A DNA stretch of 64,000 nucleotides, taken from positions 27,827 to 91,826 of the forward strand of contig JAYPQH010000005.1 of assembly GCA_038131935.1 (NCBI GenBank), in the 5' to 3' direction. This DNA comes from Alphaproteobacteria bacterium. GTDB taxonomy: Bacteria > Pseudomonadota > Alphaproteobacteria > UBA8317. The number at the start of each line of letters is the position of its first letter. Position 1 is the first letter of the stretch. Below the pieces are notes generated by a model. It saw only the letters and a list, made by a program, of their open reading frames with translations, was not told the origin of the DNA and made no database searches. A program made the translations under genes and the position numbers. This document shows positions 11,255-21,496 of the stretch, piece after piece.

Positions 11255-11959
11255 TTAGCATAAAATTTCTGCCAGTTCTGTCATGTCCGTGACATGCAGA
11301 TCTGGTTCATGCTGGGTCTGGCCAAACGGTCGGTTGCGGCGGTTGATAAAGGCGCTCCGCATGCCCGCAGCTTTCGCCCCTACACAATCAAACGCATGGT
11401 TTGCCACATGCATACAAGCCAAAGGGGAATGGCCGACAATTTGGGCAGCCTTCTCATAGGTGGCGCGATGCGGTTTGAAATAGCCTGCCTCTTGCACAGA
11501 TATCGTGTGATCAAAGCGATGGCCCAAATAGGGCTTGGCAGCTTCCAACATATCACGGTCACCATTGGACAAAATGACAAGGCTGTATTTTTGACCCAAG
11601 CGCTGCAACGCCGCGGGAACTTCTGGAAATGGGGTAAGTCTCTCGATTGCAGAAACCAGCATTTGCACCTCCTCAGAGGTATGGGCAATGCCTGCGCGTG
11701 TCAGTGTGAAGCTAACCGCACGATGACCAATTTCACGGTAAGGTGTATGGCCACGATCACATAATGCATCAATCATTGAGTTTTCAAAATGTGTGCGACG
11801 CCACCAGGTGACAAATCTCCCCGGGTCACCTTGCCAACCTTTAGACGCAAGAAATGGGGTCACAAACTCTGTCAATCCTGCTTGCATGTCTACCACAGTT
11901 CCATATTGGTCAAATGTCAGGACTTTTACTTCGCGCCTGAGTAGATCAATATCAGCCAT
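11255..11959 (-). CDS. Haloacid dehalogenase type II (HAD superfamily)
   Basis: FDQYGTVVD, LSNGD, YFKPH, HVANHAFD..GAKAAG; start at MADIDLL after GGGGGT. Confidence 0.88.
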   Translation of the reverse strand: MADIDLLRREVKVLTFDQYGTVVDMQAGLTEFVTPFLASKGWQGDPGRFVTWWRRTHFENSMIDALCDRGHTPYREIGHRAVSFTLTRAGIAHTSEEVQMLVSAIERLTPFPEVPAALQRLGQKYSLVILSNGDRDMLEAAKPYLGHRFDHTISVQEAGYFKPHRATYEKAAQIVGHSPLACMHVANHAFDCVGAKAAGMRSAFINRRNRPFGQTQHEPDLHVTDMTELAEILC

Positions 11960-12138
11960 TTTACCCCCACTTTCATTTTGCAAAAACGAGCATGAAAAGT
12001 TTTTGGTGAACAGACAAGGGGGAAAGGTCAAAAGGTGCCCATCATTTCTTTCATATTTTTTTGGTTGCCATATCGCAAAAACAAGGCGCATGATGTCGCC
12101 CTGTTCTTTTTCTTGCTCCACAATCGGGGTCGATTACC

Positions 12139-13029
12139 TTGCTACCAGAAATACCAGCTTTCCTTCTTGCCCTTATTGCGGCGATTTTCTTTGCCTTTGG
12201 CAACCATTTTCAATCTTTCGGCGTGCAGCATATGCCTGCCCGAAGTGGTGCCACCATTGGGATCACCAGTTCGACATGTATTTTGTGGTTGGCAGCCCCT
12301 TGGTTTCTTGAGCCAGCTCAGTTCTGGACTTCAGTTGTCCTGCTTTTTGCGTTGAGTGGTTTGTTGCGGCCTTCGATTTCGGCAAACCTATCGATCATTG
12401 GGATACGCTTTTTGGGTCCCACATTGGCCTCAAGCTTTGCCGCCACCACCCCTATCTTTGGGGCCTGTATAGGCATTTTGTTTCTCGATGAAACCCTCAC
12501 CTGGCCCATAGCATTGGGGACCATGGGCATCATGTTGGCCGTGATGATTTTGTCTAAACGGAAAAAAGAGCCCGCAGGATCTACGGTGAAAACTTGGCCC
12601 TTATGGGCGATATTGTTTCCCTTGGGCGCTGCTTGTTTGCGTTCTGTGGCCCATGTGATGATCAAAGTAGGAATGCTGGAAGTTCCAGATCCTTACTTTG
12701 CAGCCTTGGTGGCTTTTACGACATCATCAATTGTGATGCTATCCCTACAATGGCGCCAAGGTATGGAGGCGCTGACATTGTCTAACCCAGGATTTAAATA
12801 TTTTGTGGGGGCAGGGCTGGTGTTCTCAGCTGCGGTGTTGTTGTTAAATATAGCCCTTTTGAAAGGGGATATTGTCGTGGTCATTCCTATGATCTCCGCT
12901 ATCCCTATTTTTTCGATGCTGTTGAGTATTGTTGTCTTCCGTGTTGAAAAAATCACCTTGCGTACGGTGTTGGTTCTTGCGCTCATCGTGCCGTCGGTTG
13001 CCGCGGTGGGTGTGTTTGGGAAACTCTAG
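12139..13029 (+). CDS. DMT/EamA family transporter
   Basis: About 10 hydrophobic helices in two repeats; TTPIF..ILFLDETLT and AIPIFS..FRVEKIT. Confidence 0.85.
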   Translation: MLPEIPAFLLALIAAIFFAFGNHFQSFGVQHMPARSGATIGITSSTCILWLAAPWFLEPAQFWTSVVLLFALSGLLRPSISANLSIIGIRFLGPTLASSFAATTPIFGACIGILFLDETLTWPIALGTMGIMLAVMILSKRKKEPAGSTVKTWPLWAILFPLGAACLRSVAHVMIKVGMLEVPDPYFAALVAFTTSSIVMLSLQWRQGMEALTLSNPGFKYFVGAGLVFSAAVLLLNIALLKGDIVVVIPMISAIPIFSMLLSIVVFRVEKITLRTVLVLALIVPSVAAVGVFGKL

Positions 13030-13145
13030 CACCCTCAGGTATGGTTGATGATACCAGTCGATTGGTTCCCAATTTGGTGACCCTTGTTGGCGGTTCAAAA
13101 CCATAGCATGATCAGACACAATGCGAAGATGCTAAGGAGAAAAAT

Positions 13146-13890
13146 ATGCAGTTACAGGGAAAAACCGCTTTTGTTTCAGGGTCAGGGTTTAATATTGGGC
13201 GCGCCATTCTTTTGGGGTTTGCCCAAGCAGGTGCCAATGTCATTGTGAATGGTCTCACAGATCGAAGCTGCTGCTGAAGCTGTGGCTGCAGAAGCCCGGG
13301 AGATGGGTGTGAAATCAATGGTGGTCATGGGCAATGTTGGACGTTCAGGGGATGTTCAAACCATGGCGGCAGAGGCATTGGCTGAGTTTGGTGGTGTGGA
13401 TATTTTGGTCAACAATGCTGCTATTAGACCCTACAAACCCTTTTTAGAAATGGATGATGACTTTTGGCATGATGTGATCTCCGTGGATATGCATGCAGCC
13501 TTTTACACCGGTAAGGCATTTTTGCCTGGTATGGTTGAGAGAGGTTGGGGGCGCATCATCAATATCACCGGTATGAATGCCATTCATGGTTACTCTGGGC
13601 CGTTGTCAGTCTCTGCTGCCAAACATGGTTTATGGGGTATGACAAAATCGATGGCCAAGGAGTTCGGTCCCAAAGGTATTACCGTCAATGCTATTTCTCC
13701 TGGGCCTATTGAGGGAGATTATAAAGATGAGGCCATGGGGGCACATATTCGGGAGCAAGAAAAGTTAATCCCACTTGGGCATTTGGGTAAGCCCATGCAT
13801 ATTGCTGGACTTTGCCGGTTTCTGGTCTCAGAGGAAGGTGGTTTTATGTCTGGCCAGATGATCGCGTGCAACGGTGGAACGCAGACATAA
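13146..13890 (+). CDS. Short-chain dehydrogenase/reductase (frameshift near 13255)
   Basis: MQLQGKTAFVSGSGFNIGRA from ATG 13146 (RBS AAGGAGA) joins the 13249 ORF carrying NNAA, GWGRIINI, SAAKHG, VNAISPG. Confidence 0.88.
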
Positions 13891-13913
13891 TCACAAAAAT
13901 ATACATGTTTAAA

Positions 13914-13940
13914 GCCTATGCCATGGTTGTTGGCATAGGC
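13914..13940. terminator. Stem-loop between convergent SDR genes
   Basis: GCCTATGCCA-tggttgt-TGGCATAGGC. Confidence 0.65.
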
Positions 13941-13949
13941 AATCGCCTG

Positions 13950-14717
13950 TCAACTTATGGTCACGCCACTATCTACGGATAAGATTTGTCCCGTGGTGAT
14001 CCGACTTTCATCGCTTGCAAGATAGACCGCCATATGGGCAACATCCAAAGGTTCTCCTAACCCCAAGAGATGCATCTGGGCGATGTCACGCATGTCAGAA
14101 CGTTTCTCCAAGAGGTTTTTAACCCTGTCCGTCAGCGTAATGGAAGGTGCGATTGCGTTCACACGAACTTGATATGGGGCATATTCTGCTGCCATGGATC
14201 TTGTGATCGCCGCCACACCACCTTTTGCCGCGGTGTAACAATCACGCCCAGGAAATGCCATCAAGGCTACATTTGACGCCATGTTGATGATGCTACCTCC
14301 ACCTTGTTCCATCATGATGGGAAGGGCATATTTTGCGCATAAAAACGTACCAAAAAGGTCTACATTCATCACCCGCCAAAATTCTTCGATGGGGGCATCC
14401 GTGACTGGACCATCTTGTAAAGAGGACCCCCCTGCATTGTTGTGTAAAATGTCGAGGTGGCCAAATTCCGCACATGCAGCTTTAATCGCTTTTTGCACGC
14501 TCTGTGCATCAGACACATCGGTTTTGATGAACATCATTCGTTGAGGATTTTGTGTGGCCTCTCCAATCTCGGCACAGATTTTGGGGCCTTGGATGTCATC
14601 AATGTCAGCCATGACAACAGATGCGCCTTCTTCCACAAAACGCTTGGTTGTGGCAGCTCCAATGCCACCTGCAGCGCCCGTGATGAATGCTACTTTTCCC
14701 TCAAGTCGTCCCACCAT
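13950..14717 (-). CDS. Short-chain dehydrogenase/reductase (classical)
   Basis: TGAAGGIG, NNAG, YTAAK, VNAIAP. Confidence 0.93.
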   Translation of the reverse strand: MVGRLEGKVAFITGAAGGIGAATTKRFVEEGASVVMADIDDIQGPKICAEIGEATQNPQRMMFIKTDVSDAQSVQKAIKAACAEFGHLDILHNNAGGSSLQDGPVTDAPIEEFWRVMNVDLFGTFLCAKYALPIMMEQGGGSIINMASNVALMAFPGRDCYTAAKGGVAAITRSMAAEYAPYQVRVNAIAPSITLTDRVKNLLEKRSDMRDIAQMHLLGLGEPLDVAHMAVYLASDESRITTGQILSVDSGVTIS

Positions 14718-14829
14718 GCTTTTGCCTCCCCATAATATTGCCCCGGTGCTTATGAAACTATCTTGCGCTTAAGCGAGAGGGATTGGCAACCAAAGTTCAA
14801 AGGGCTTCCTCGGAAAATGTAAGTCAGGA

Positions 14830-16801
14830 TCACTCGTTGGTTTTTGACGGCCAAATATCAGACGAAATATGTTCAAACAGGCGATTTGCCCCCCATATAC
14901 TCAGATGGTTGTTGTCAAAATAGAGTGGCTTTTCTTCCTCTGATGCGAAACATTTTTGGCTGTCACAAAAAACATCTTCTGCGAACAACAACTGGGTATG
15001 TGAGGCTTGTATCTTTTCGTAGAAGGGCTTCAACACCTGGATGCGTTGGTCAAATATCTGCCGTTGGGTTGTGACCGGTTTTTGTGTTTGATGCAGACGT
15101 TTTGGTACGTCCCAGCCCACTTCAGGAATGCTGGAGATAACAAATAACCGAACATCCTTTTCCAGCAATGCTGAAAAATACTTTACCAAGGCGTCCTCTA
15201 TAGCTTTTTGGCGTTGGGGTAAGGGGCGGGGGGTATCAGCAAATTGCCGATCATCAAACAACACGTGCGATGTTTTTCCTTGTTCAACCCCACCCTCGCC
15301 ATTATCAAATCGCGTGGTATTGAAATACAGTGCAAAGCGCGCCGAAATCAGAACATTCTTAATGCCCAATGTGGAGATTTCGTCTAACAGGTTACGGTAA
15401 TGTTCCGGACAAGGTTTGTTCTTACGGCTGTCCTGTCGGATCAAATCCATGGCCGGGGGGCATCCTTCCATGGTTCTGACGAGCGCTGAGATGTTCCGTT
15501 TGCGTAGCTGGTTGCCAAAGCTTTCTTGCAAACTGTCAGCATGGCTATCTCCAATCAGCATCCATGTTGGCTTTTGGCTCAAATCTCCCCATTGCTCTTG
15601 TGATTGGCTCCTTAAGAATGAGGGCTCGTTAAGAGCAAGGAATGTGCGGTCAAATCTCTGCGTGGCAAAACCATTGCTAAGGATCCCCCAAATCGCAAAA
15701 GACCCAAGAAGCAATGCGCTCGTGAGCATCAAGATGGCAAAATGGCGGGTGGGTACAGCCAAGCGATTGCGGCATGGTTTTTCTACAAATCGCCAGCTTA
15801 GGTAGCTTAACCCCATGATAGATATGCATAAGCCGATCATGATCAATGGGCTTGGAGGTTCGCCTGAAGTGATGCGTGTAAAGGCAAAAACAGGTTGGTG
15901 CCATAAATAGGCAGAATAGCTGATCAGCCCTATTTGGACCAAGATTGGGTGGTTCAAAATACTGGCAACCAGGCTACCTTTTGTGGCGAACATGATGATC
16001 AACAAGGTGCCAATGACGGGCAAAAGGGTGTAAAAACTGGGTGCCGGCAACCCATTATGGATGGTGGCAAAGCCAAGCAAAAGAAAACCAAGCCCCAAGA
16101 GGGGGAGAATATGCAGGGTGAAAATATTTTGAGGGATGGTTCTTTTACCCAAAAAGAATGCAACAGCTGCACCTGAAAGAAGTTCCCATGCGCGGGTTGG
16201 CGCAAGATAAAAATGAACCTCAGGGAAATTTCTCCAGCCCCATTCGCTTAAGCCAAAACTGAGAACAATGCCCAAAACAATCGCATGCGGGATATAACGT
16301 GAGCGGTATCGCCATAAGAGCATCAGTAGGAGGGAAGACGATATAATATTGCTCTTCAACGGCCAGGCTCCAGCTATGCAACCATGGGATTTCCTCAGCG
16401 GCAGGGGCAAAATAGTCATTTTGCTGCGCAAACAATATGTTTGAGGAAAAAAACAAAACAGCAAGAAGGCTTGCACAAAAGTCTTCCATGGCTGTTGGTC
16501 GCAAAACAATCCATGCTGCAGGAAGCGTTGATGCCATGACCAAAAATAGGGCTGGCAACAACCGCCTTGCCCGTCTTTCATAAAAAGACAATAGCTGGAA
16601 TGTCCCCTTGGCTTGTTGTTCAAGAATAATACTGGTGATGAGAAAGCCGCTGATCACGAAAAAGATATCAACGCCAATAAATCCTCCAGAAAACCCGGCA
16701 AATCCAGCATGATAGAAAACAACAGGCAGCACAGCTACTGCCCGTAACCCATCAATTTCAGGGCGGTATGTGAGGTGCTGGTGGAGGGGTGATGATGACA
16801 T
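14830..16801 (-). CDS. OafA-like acyltransferase (AT3 + SGNH domains), frameshift near 16330
   Basis: YRPEIDGLRAVAV, GGFIGVDIFFVISGFLIT, HSWSLAVEEQYY; second frame TRAWEL, ISYSAYLWHQP, GDSHA, YFDNNHLS. Confidence 0.9.
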
Positions 16802-16838
16802 GGTCGTTAAGTTGTCACAATGGCGAGGGGCAACCCGG

Positions 16839-17342
16839 TTAGGTTTGCAATGGCTCTGGCGGAGGTAATTGTTTGATCACGCGGCCCAATTGCTCGGGTT
16901 TATCCAAGTGACGATGGGCATGGTAAAGGGAGTTAAACATGGCAAAGCTCTCATCATCCATGGGGCTTACACGACGATAGGCTTGATCGATATGCAGCTG
17001 CATGATTTCAGATTGGGCGGCAAGATAATGTTCATCCGCATGATACATATTTTGACAAATATGGATTCGTTTGCGATCCAACCCCACCAATTGTTGGGTG
17101 ATGCGCAAGGGGTCACCCTCCCGCAGTTCCCGTCGGTAATGAATATGAAAATCACCTACAAATGTGGTGATGTTTTTGCGTTTTTTGTAATCTCTATGAA
17201 AACCCACATGATCAAGAATATCATCAAGGGCAAGATCGAAGGCCATCATGTAGTAGGCCACATTCATATGGCCGTTATAATCTATCCATTCAGGCTTGAC
17301 GAATTGACGATTGCCTTCAAAAGCGGTGGCACTTGTTTCCAT
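16839..17342 (-). CDS. Hot-dog fold acyl-CoA thioesterase family protein
   Basis: VKPEWIDYNGHMNVAYY, HIHYRREL; start at METSAT. Confidence 0.85.
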   Translation of the reverse strand: METSATAFEGNRQFVKPEWIDYNGHMNVAYYMMAFDLALDDILDHVGFHRDYKKRKNITTFVGDFHIHYRRELREGDPLRITQQLVGLDRKRIHICQNMYHADEHYLAAQSEIMQLHIDQAYRRVSPMDDESFAMFNSLYHAHRHLDKPEQLGRVIKQLPPPEPLQT

Positions 17343-17779
17343 GTTTTTTCCCTTTGGTTCTATGCCCCAGACAAAAAAGCAAAAAAATGGCAGGCAAATA
17401 TATGCCAGCCAAACAGATGTGGGCAAACGAGTTTGGGTACCCATACATGTTTTAGGGAACTTGTTAGATTTTTTCAATTTTTTGCTTTTGGGGGGCTGAA
17501 TGACCCATTTTTGTCTTTGCTGTTGGTCTTCCCGCATCAGTCAGCAGAGGAACGATGCCAAGCTTACCCATGCCATACCTACCTTGTCATGAAGGTTATA
17601 GCTGCAACCTTCATGGATATATGGGTGATGTGTGTTGGTTTATGTCGATCTTCCCATCGACATATTAAGACTTTGTCCTGGGTGACATAAGTGCTGCAAA
17701 ATGGCGCTCCTGTAATACCATCTATGTTTAGCCCTCAAAGTTCAGCTCTTCCTATCAACTTTTTTCGAAATCAAAAACC

Positions 17780-18118
17780 TTATGATTGAGGTTTGCATTG
17801 GGGGATATAGGATAGGTAGACAGGAGGTAGCCCACAACGTCCACCTACCATGGGCGCCATTTGTGGTTTTGTTGAATGGCCAAGCCGCTGTGTTTTTTGA
17901 GCCTGTTGCTGTTTTTGACAGGCGCGGTCCTGGGCGGCTTGTTTTTTAACAATGTTTGCTTTGTTTTGGGCAAAGCATGCCTTGCATTGATTGTTGTTGC
18001 CACAGATATCTGCGATGAGCTTGTCAAATGGATGTTTTTCTATTTCAGCACGTGCACAGGCTGAGATCATCAAAAGGGCCAAAAACACAAAATAGGGGCC
18101 GTGGAAAAATTTCTTCAT
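17780..18118 (-). CDS. Hypothetical secreted/lipoprotein, Cys-rich
   Basis: RBS AAGGA, signal peptide ending ISAC, several Cys, Gln/Lys-rich centre. Confidence 0.55.
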   Translation of the reverse strand: MKKFFHGPYFVFLALLMISACARAEIEKHPFDKLIADICGNNNQCKACFAQNKANIVKKQAAQDRACQKQQQAQKTQRLGHSTKPQMAPMVGGRCGLPPVYLSYIPQCKPQS

Positions 18119-18587
18119 TGTCCGTTATCCTTACCATGTATGTGTCATCACCATGCATGATATTCATGACGTTACCATGGATAACAATCAACAAATTGTG
18201 CATTATTTGAATGGAGGAATGCTGATTGATCTGTCTTGCGCGAGCTCAAATATAGCTGAGACATTTTTCAAGCCCACCCAAACCCACGGTATCAATGATG
18301 GTTTTCCCCCGAGATAGCAGCCTTTAATTTTCGTTATCACCAAGCCAGGTTGAACGAGAATACCTGTCATGACTTGGTACTTGGCTTTGATTATAACGCT
18401 TGCTTCATGGCAACGATAAGCAAAAGACTCCAAAATGCGGCTGCAACAACAATATAATGGTCAAAAGAGTTCACGTTAAGCACTCCATGGGTGAATGATA
18501 TACATGATTGCTGCATCGCAAAATAATTATTGCATCGCAATATAAAATACTGAGGGTTCATTATGTATGTTTTGCATGGCTCTTCTT

Positions 18588-19190
18588 TTACCACATGCGT
18601 TCGCGGGATCGTTCCTCATAATGACGGTCATATTCTTCGCCGCCTTCTCGCCCTTCGGTCATTTCTGCCATGATGGTTCCCACCGTTGGAAGATTTGGAT
18701 TTTCTTCTGCGTTCCAGAGATTTGAGCGCATCAAGGCTTTTGCGCATTGGCTATAGACCTCTTGAATATGGATCAGAATAACCGTGGTGGGATGGCGTGA
18801 TTTTTGCGCAAATTGTTGGCAGATTTCTGGATCATCTGTCAGTTGTGCTGTTGCATTCACACGGATTGTGGTCGTTGATCCAGGTGCCATAAAAAGAAGT
18901 GCAACACGGCCGTCTTGTACAATATCTTTTAAGGCTTCGATTCGATTGTTTCCGCGCCAATCTGGAAGCCATAATGTTGCGTTATCCACCACGCGCACCA
19001 CAGGGCCGTTATCACCACGGGGTGTTGCATGGACACCTTGCTCGCCTACGGTTGATAAGATGCAAAAACAAGATTGCTCGATCCAAGCTCGATAACTTTT
19101 GGTTAAAACAGGTGACACTTTCGAGATCGATAATGGGACGGGTGGGCCATAAAGGGATGTCAATTGTTCAAAATTTTTGATGATGCGCAT
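18588..19190 (-). CDS. Pyridoxamine 5'-phosphate oxidase-like FMN-binding protein (MSMEG_1061 type)
   Basis: TPRGD, LPDWRGNNRI, VALLF..PG, QCAKALMRS.LW. Confidence 0.88.
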   Translation of the reverse strand: MRIIKNFEQLTSLYGPPVPLSISKVSPVLTKSYRAWIEQSCFCILSTVGEQGVHATPRGDNGPVVRVVDNATLWLPDWRGNNRIEALKDIVQDGRVALLFMAPGSTTTIRVNATAQLTDDPEICQQFAQKSRHPTTVILIHIQEVYSQCAKALMRSNLWNAEENPNLPTVGTIMAEMTEGREGGEEYDRHYEERSRERMW

Positions 19191-19266
19191 GGTGGGGACC
19201 CTTTAACAAAAATACATGACAGCCAGCCTATGATAGAACATCATCCCAGAAAGTCATGCCAGTAAA

Positions 19267-19902
19267 TTATGACAGTAAATGATGATAGGCTGTCATCAAT
19301 TCTGTGGCTTTCTGTTTTACATGCATCAAATCCATATTGGGGGTAAACAATGCCGAGCCTAACCCAAAACCTGAGGCGCCGGCAGCATGATAGATGGCCA
19401 TATTTTGAGGATTGATGCCTCCAACGGCATAGAGCTTAGCATTTTGGGGAAGGACAGCGCGCATGGCTTTAATGGCTTGTGGTGGTATCATTTCACATGG
19501 GAAAAGTTTCAATGTTTCCGTGCCAAGCTTTAGGGCGGCAAATGCTTCTGTTGGTGTCATGACCCCAGGACACCAGGTGAGGTCCGCGGACAAACTGGCC
19601 TGTCCTACATCCTCATCCATGTTGGGGGCGACAATCAATTGTCCCCCTGCCATGGCCACGTCATCAACATCCGCCGCTGACAATACGGTACCCGCACCCA
19701 CCAGTATCTGACCACCATATTTTTGCGAGATGATGTTGATGGATTTGAGAGGCTCTGGTGAATTGAGGGGAACTTCAATGATCCCAAATCCTGCATCTAC
19801 CAGAATATCTGCCACCTCTTCGGCTTGATCAGGCGACAATCCCCGCAGGATCGCTATCAAAGGGGTTGCTTGGAGGAGCTTTTCTGATGGTGGTTTGGTC
19901 AT
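19267..19902 (-). CDS. dgoA: 2-dehydro-3-deoxy-6-phosphogalactonate aldolase
   Basis: PLIAILRG, IEVPLNSP, GAGTVL, TPTEAF, LKLFP, AVGGI. Confidence 0.92.
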   Translation of the reverse strand: MTKPPSEKLLQATPLIAILRGLSPDQAEEVADILVDAGFGIIEVPLNSPEPLKSINIISQKYGGQILVGAGTVLSAADVDDVAMAGGQLIVAPNMDEDVGQASLSADLTWCPGVMTPTEAFAALKLGTETLKLFPCEMIPPQAIKAMRAVLPQNAKLYAVGGINPQNMAIYHAAGASGFGLGSALFTPNMDLMHVKQKATELMTAYHHLLS

Positions 19903-20819
19903 GATATCAATCCTGCGCGCTGGGCGATTGCCATATGGCCTGAGGTAACGATGTCAGGATGGAATAAATTTGTCTCAAATCCTAGATGTTCCAAAGCTGT
20001 GGCATAACGTTGGGTTAAGCCTTCACTGCCAATCAGACAGACTTGCTCTTGGCCTTTTAGATTCAACTGTTGCCCCCCCAATTCATGTCCAATCAATAGG
20101 CCTGATAAATAATTTCCTGCTTGTGGGGCTGTGAGGCCGCCGAACAAAGAAGAAGCGCGAATGTGAAACAGGTGGTTGAGTAGGCCTGGACCAGAGGTAA
20201 GCCCACGATCTACCCCTTTTAGATACATGGCTTCGTCAAAATCACCCTCAGCAATGCTTGCTTTAAGGATGGTATGCTGGCTCAGGCTTGCAAAGACTTC
20301 ACCGGTCATAAAGGTCCGAAATTGATTGATGGTACCCCCATGAATATCAGCCCATTTGCTGTGGGTGCCTGGAAGAATACACCAGCCATCAGGCATGCCG
20401 GACAAATAAGCGCCAAGAAGTTGGGTTTCTTCCCCCCTCATCACGTCAATATGCTCAGGGGTTTGATCCATCACACCACCCACAAAATAGATATGGGCAT
20501 GACCCTCCCAAGGGATAGCTATCAATGCGTCAGCCAACTCCAAGCTGCTGGTAGGTGTGGGAAGATAAGAGGTCTCAACCCAGCCTTGGCGGCTGGTGAT
20601 CATTCCGGAGGCCAAAATGGGTAAAGGTCCATATACCTGCCAATCTTGTATGGTTTCTTTAAGAACAGCTCCAAAGTCTCCGTCTTGGACCTGCATGATG
20701 CCTTTTGAGGCTGACCTTTTGTCTAATACATGACCTTGAGGGTCGAGGAGATAAGCGCGCAAGGCGCTTGTCCCCCAATCAAGACTTATCAATGTTGGTT
20801 TAGATGCGGCCAAATTCAT
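19899..20819 (-). CDS. dgoK: 2-dehydro-3-deoxygalactonokinase
   Basis: DWGTSALRA, GMITSRQGW, DVMRGEETQ, LPGTHSKW, TFMTGE, YLSGLLIGHE. Confidence 0.93.
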   Translation of the reverse strand: MNLAASKPTLISLDWGTSALRAYLLDPQGHVLDKRSASKGIMQVQDGDFGAVLKETIQDWQVYGPLPILASGMITSRQGWVETSYLPTPTSSLELADALIAIPWEGHAHIYFVGGVMDQTPEHIDVMRGEETQLLGAYLSGMPDGWCILPGTHSKWADIHGGTINQFRTFMTGEVFASLSQHTILKASIAEGDFDEAMYLKGVDRGLTSGPGLLNHLFHIRASSLFGGLTAPQAGNYLSGLLIGHELGGQQLNLKGQEQVCLIGSEGLTQRYATALEHLGFETNLFHPDIVTSGHMAIAQRAGLIS

Positions 20820-21471
20820 TTAACAGGTCCTCGACCGTTTTGCCCTGCGCAACCCATTTGCGGGTTTCTTCTTCGCGTTGGGCTTGTTCTTGGGCAAGGG
20901 CTACAACCTCTGCGGCCCGCTCTTGCGGGATCACTGTTACCCCCATGAGATCGGCCACCACAAAGTCACCTGGGTTCACGACCACACCGCCACAAGCGAT
21001 AGGGACGTTGATGGAGAGCTCTTCTTTCCTACCTGAGAACATGGTGTGGGTTCCTTTAGGGGTGATGGCACGTGTCCAAATAGGCCAATTGATGTCTTCC
21101 AATTCATCTGTATCACGCCCGGCGCCATCAATGATCATGCCCCTTATCCCTCGGTTTTGGGCCAAGCCGCCCATCAAACCACCGCAAACAGATGTGTTGA
21201 GGTCCCCGCCAGCATCAACAACAATAACATCACCGGGTTGGCCCATTTCTAGAGCCTTTAAAGGATCAACAAGGTCACCTTTGGAGAGTTGAACCGTGAT
21301 GGCTTGTCCTGTAATTTTTGCACGAAATGCTGGTTTGATTCCACTATCCATCACACCTGTTCGGTACTGCACATCCGCAAAAACGGCTGTGGCTGAGTAG
21401 CATGAGATAACGTCATCAAATTTTTTCAGCAAATCAGGTTGGCGTTCAAAATCTTTATAAACTTGTAACAT
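20800..21471 (-). CDS. RraA family / HMG-CHA-like class II pyruvate aldolase
   Basis: GQAITV, PGDVIVVD, GGLM, IDGAGRD, VNPGDFVVAD..GV. Confidence 0.88.
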   Translation of the reverse strand: MLQVYKDFERQPDLLKKFDDVISCYSATAVFADVQYRTGVMDSGIKPAFRAKITGQAITVQLSKGDLVDPLKALEMGQPGDVIVVDAGGDLNTSVCGGLMGGLAQNRGIRGMIIDGAGRDTDELEDINWPIWTRAITPKGTHTMFSGRKEELSINVPIACGGVVVNPGDFVVADLMGVTVIPQERAAEVVALAQEQAQREEETRKWVAQGKTVEDLLNEFGRI

Positions 21472-21496
21472 GATGTCTCCTTCATGGTTGTGATGT

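Noticed and set aside
16869-17690. 273-aa plus-strand ORF
   Set aside because: Antisense shadow of the thioesterase; no recognisable motifs
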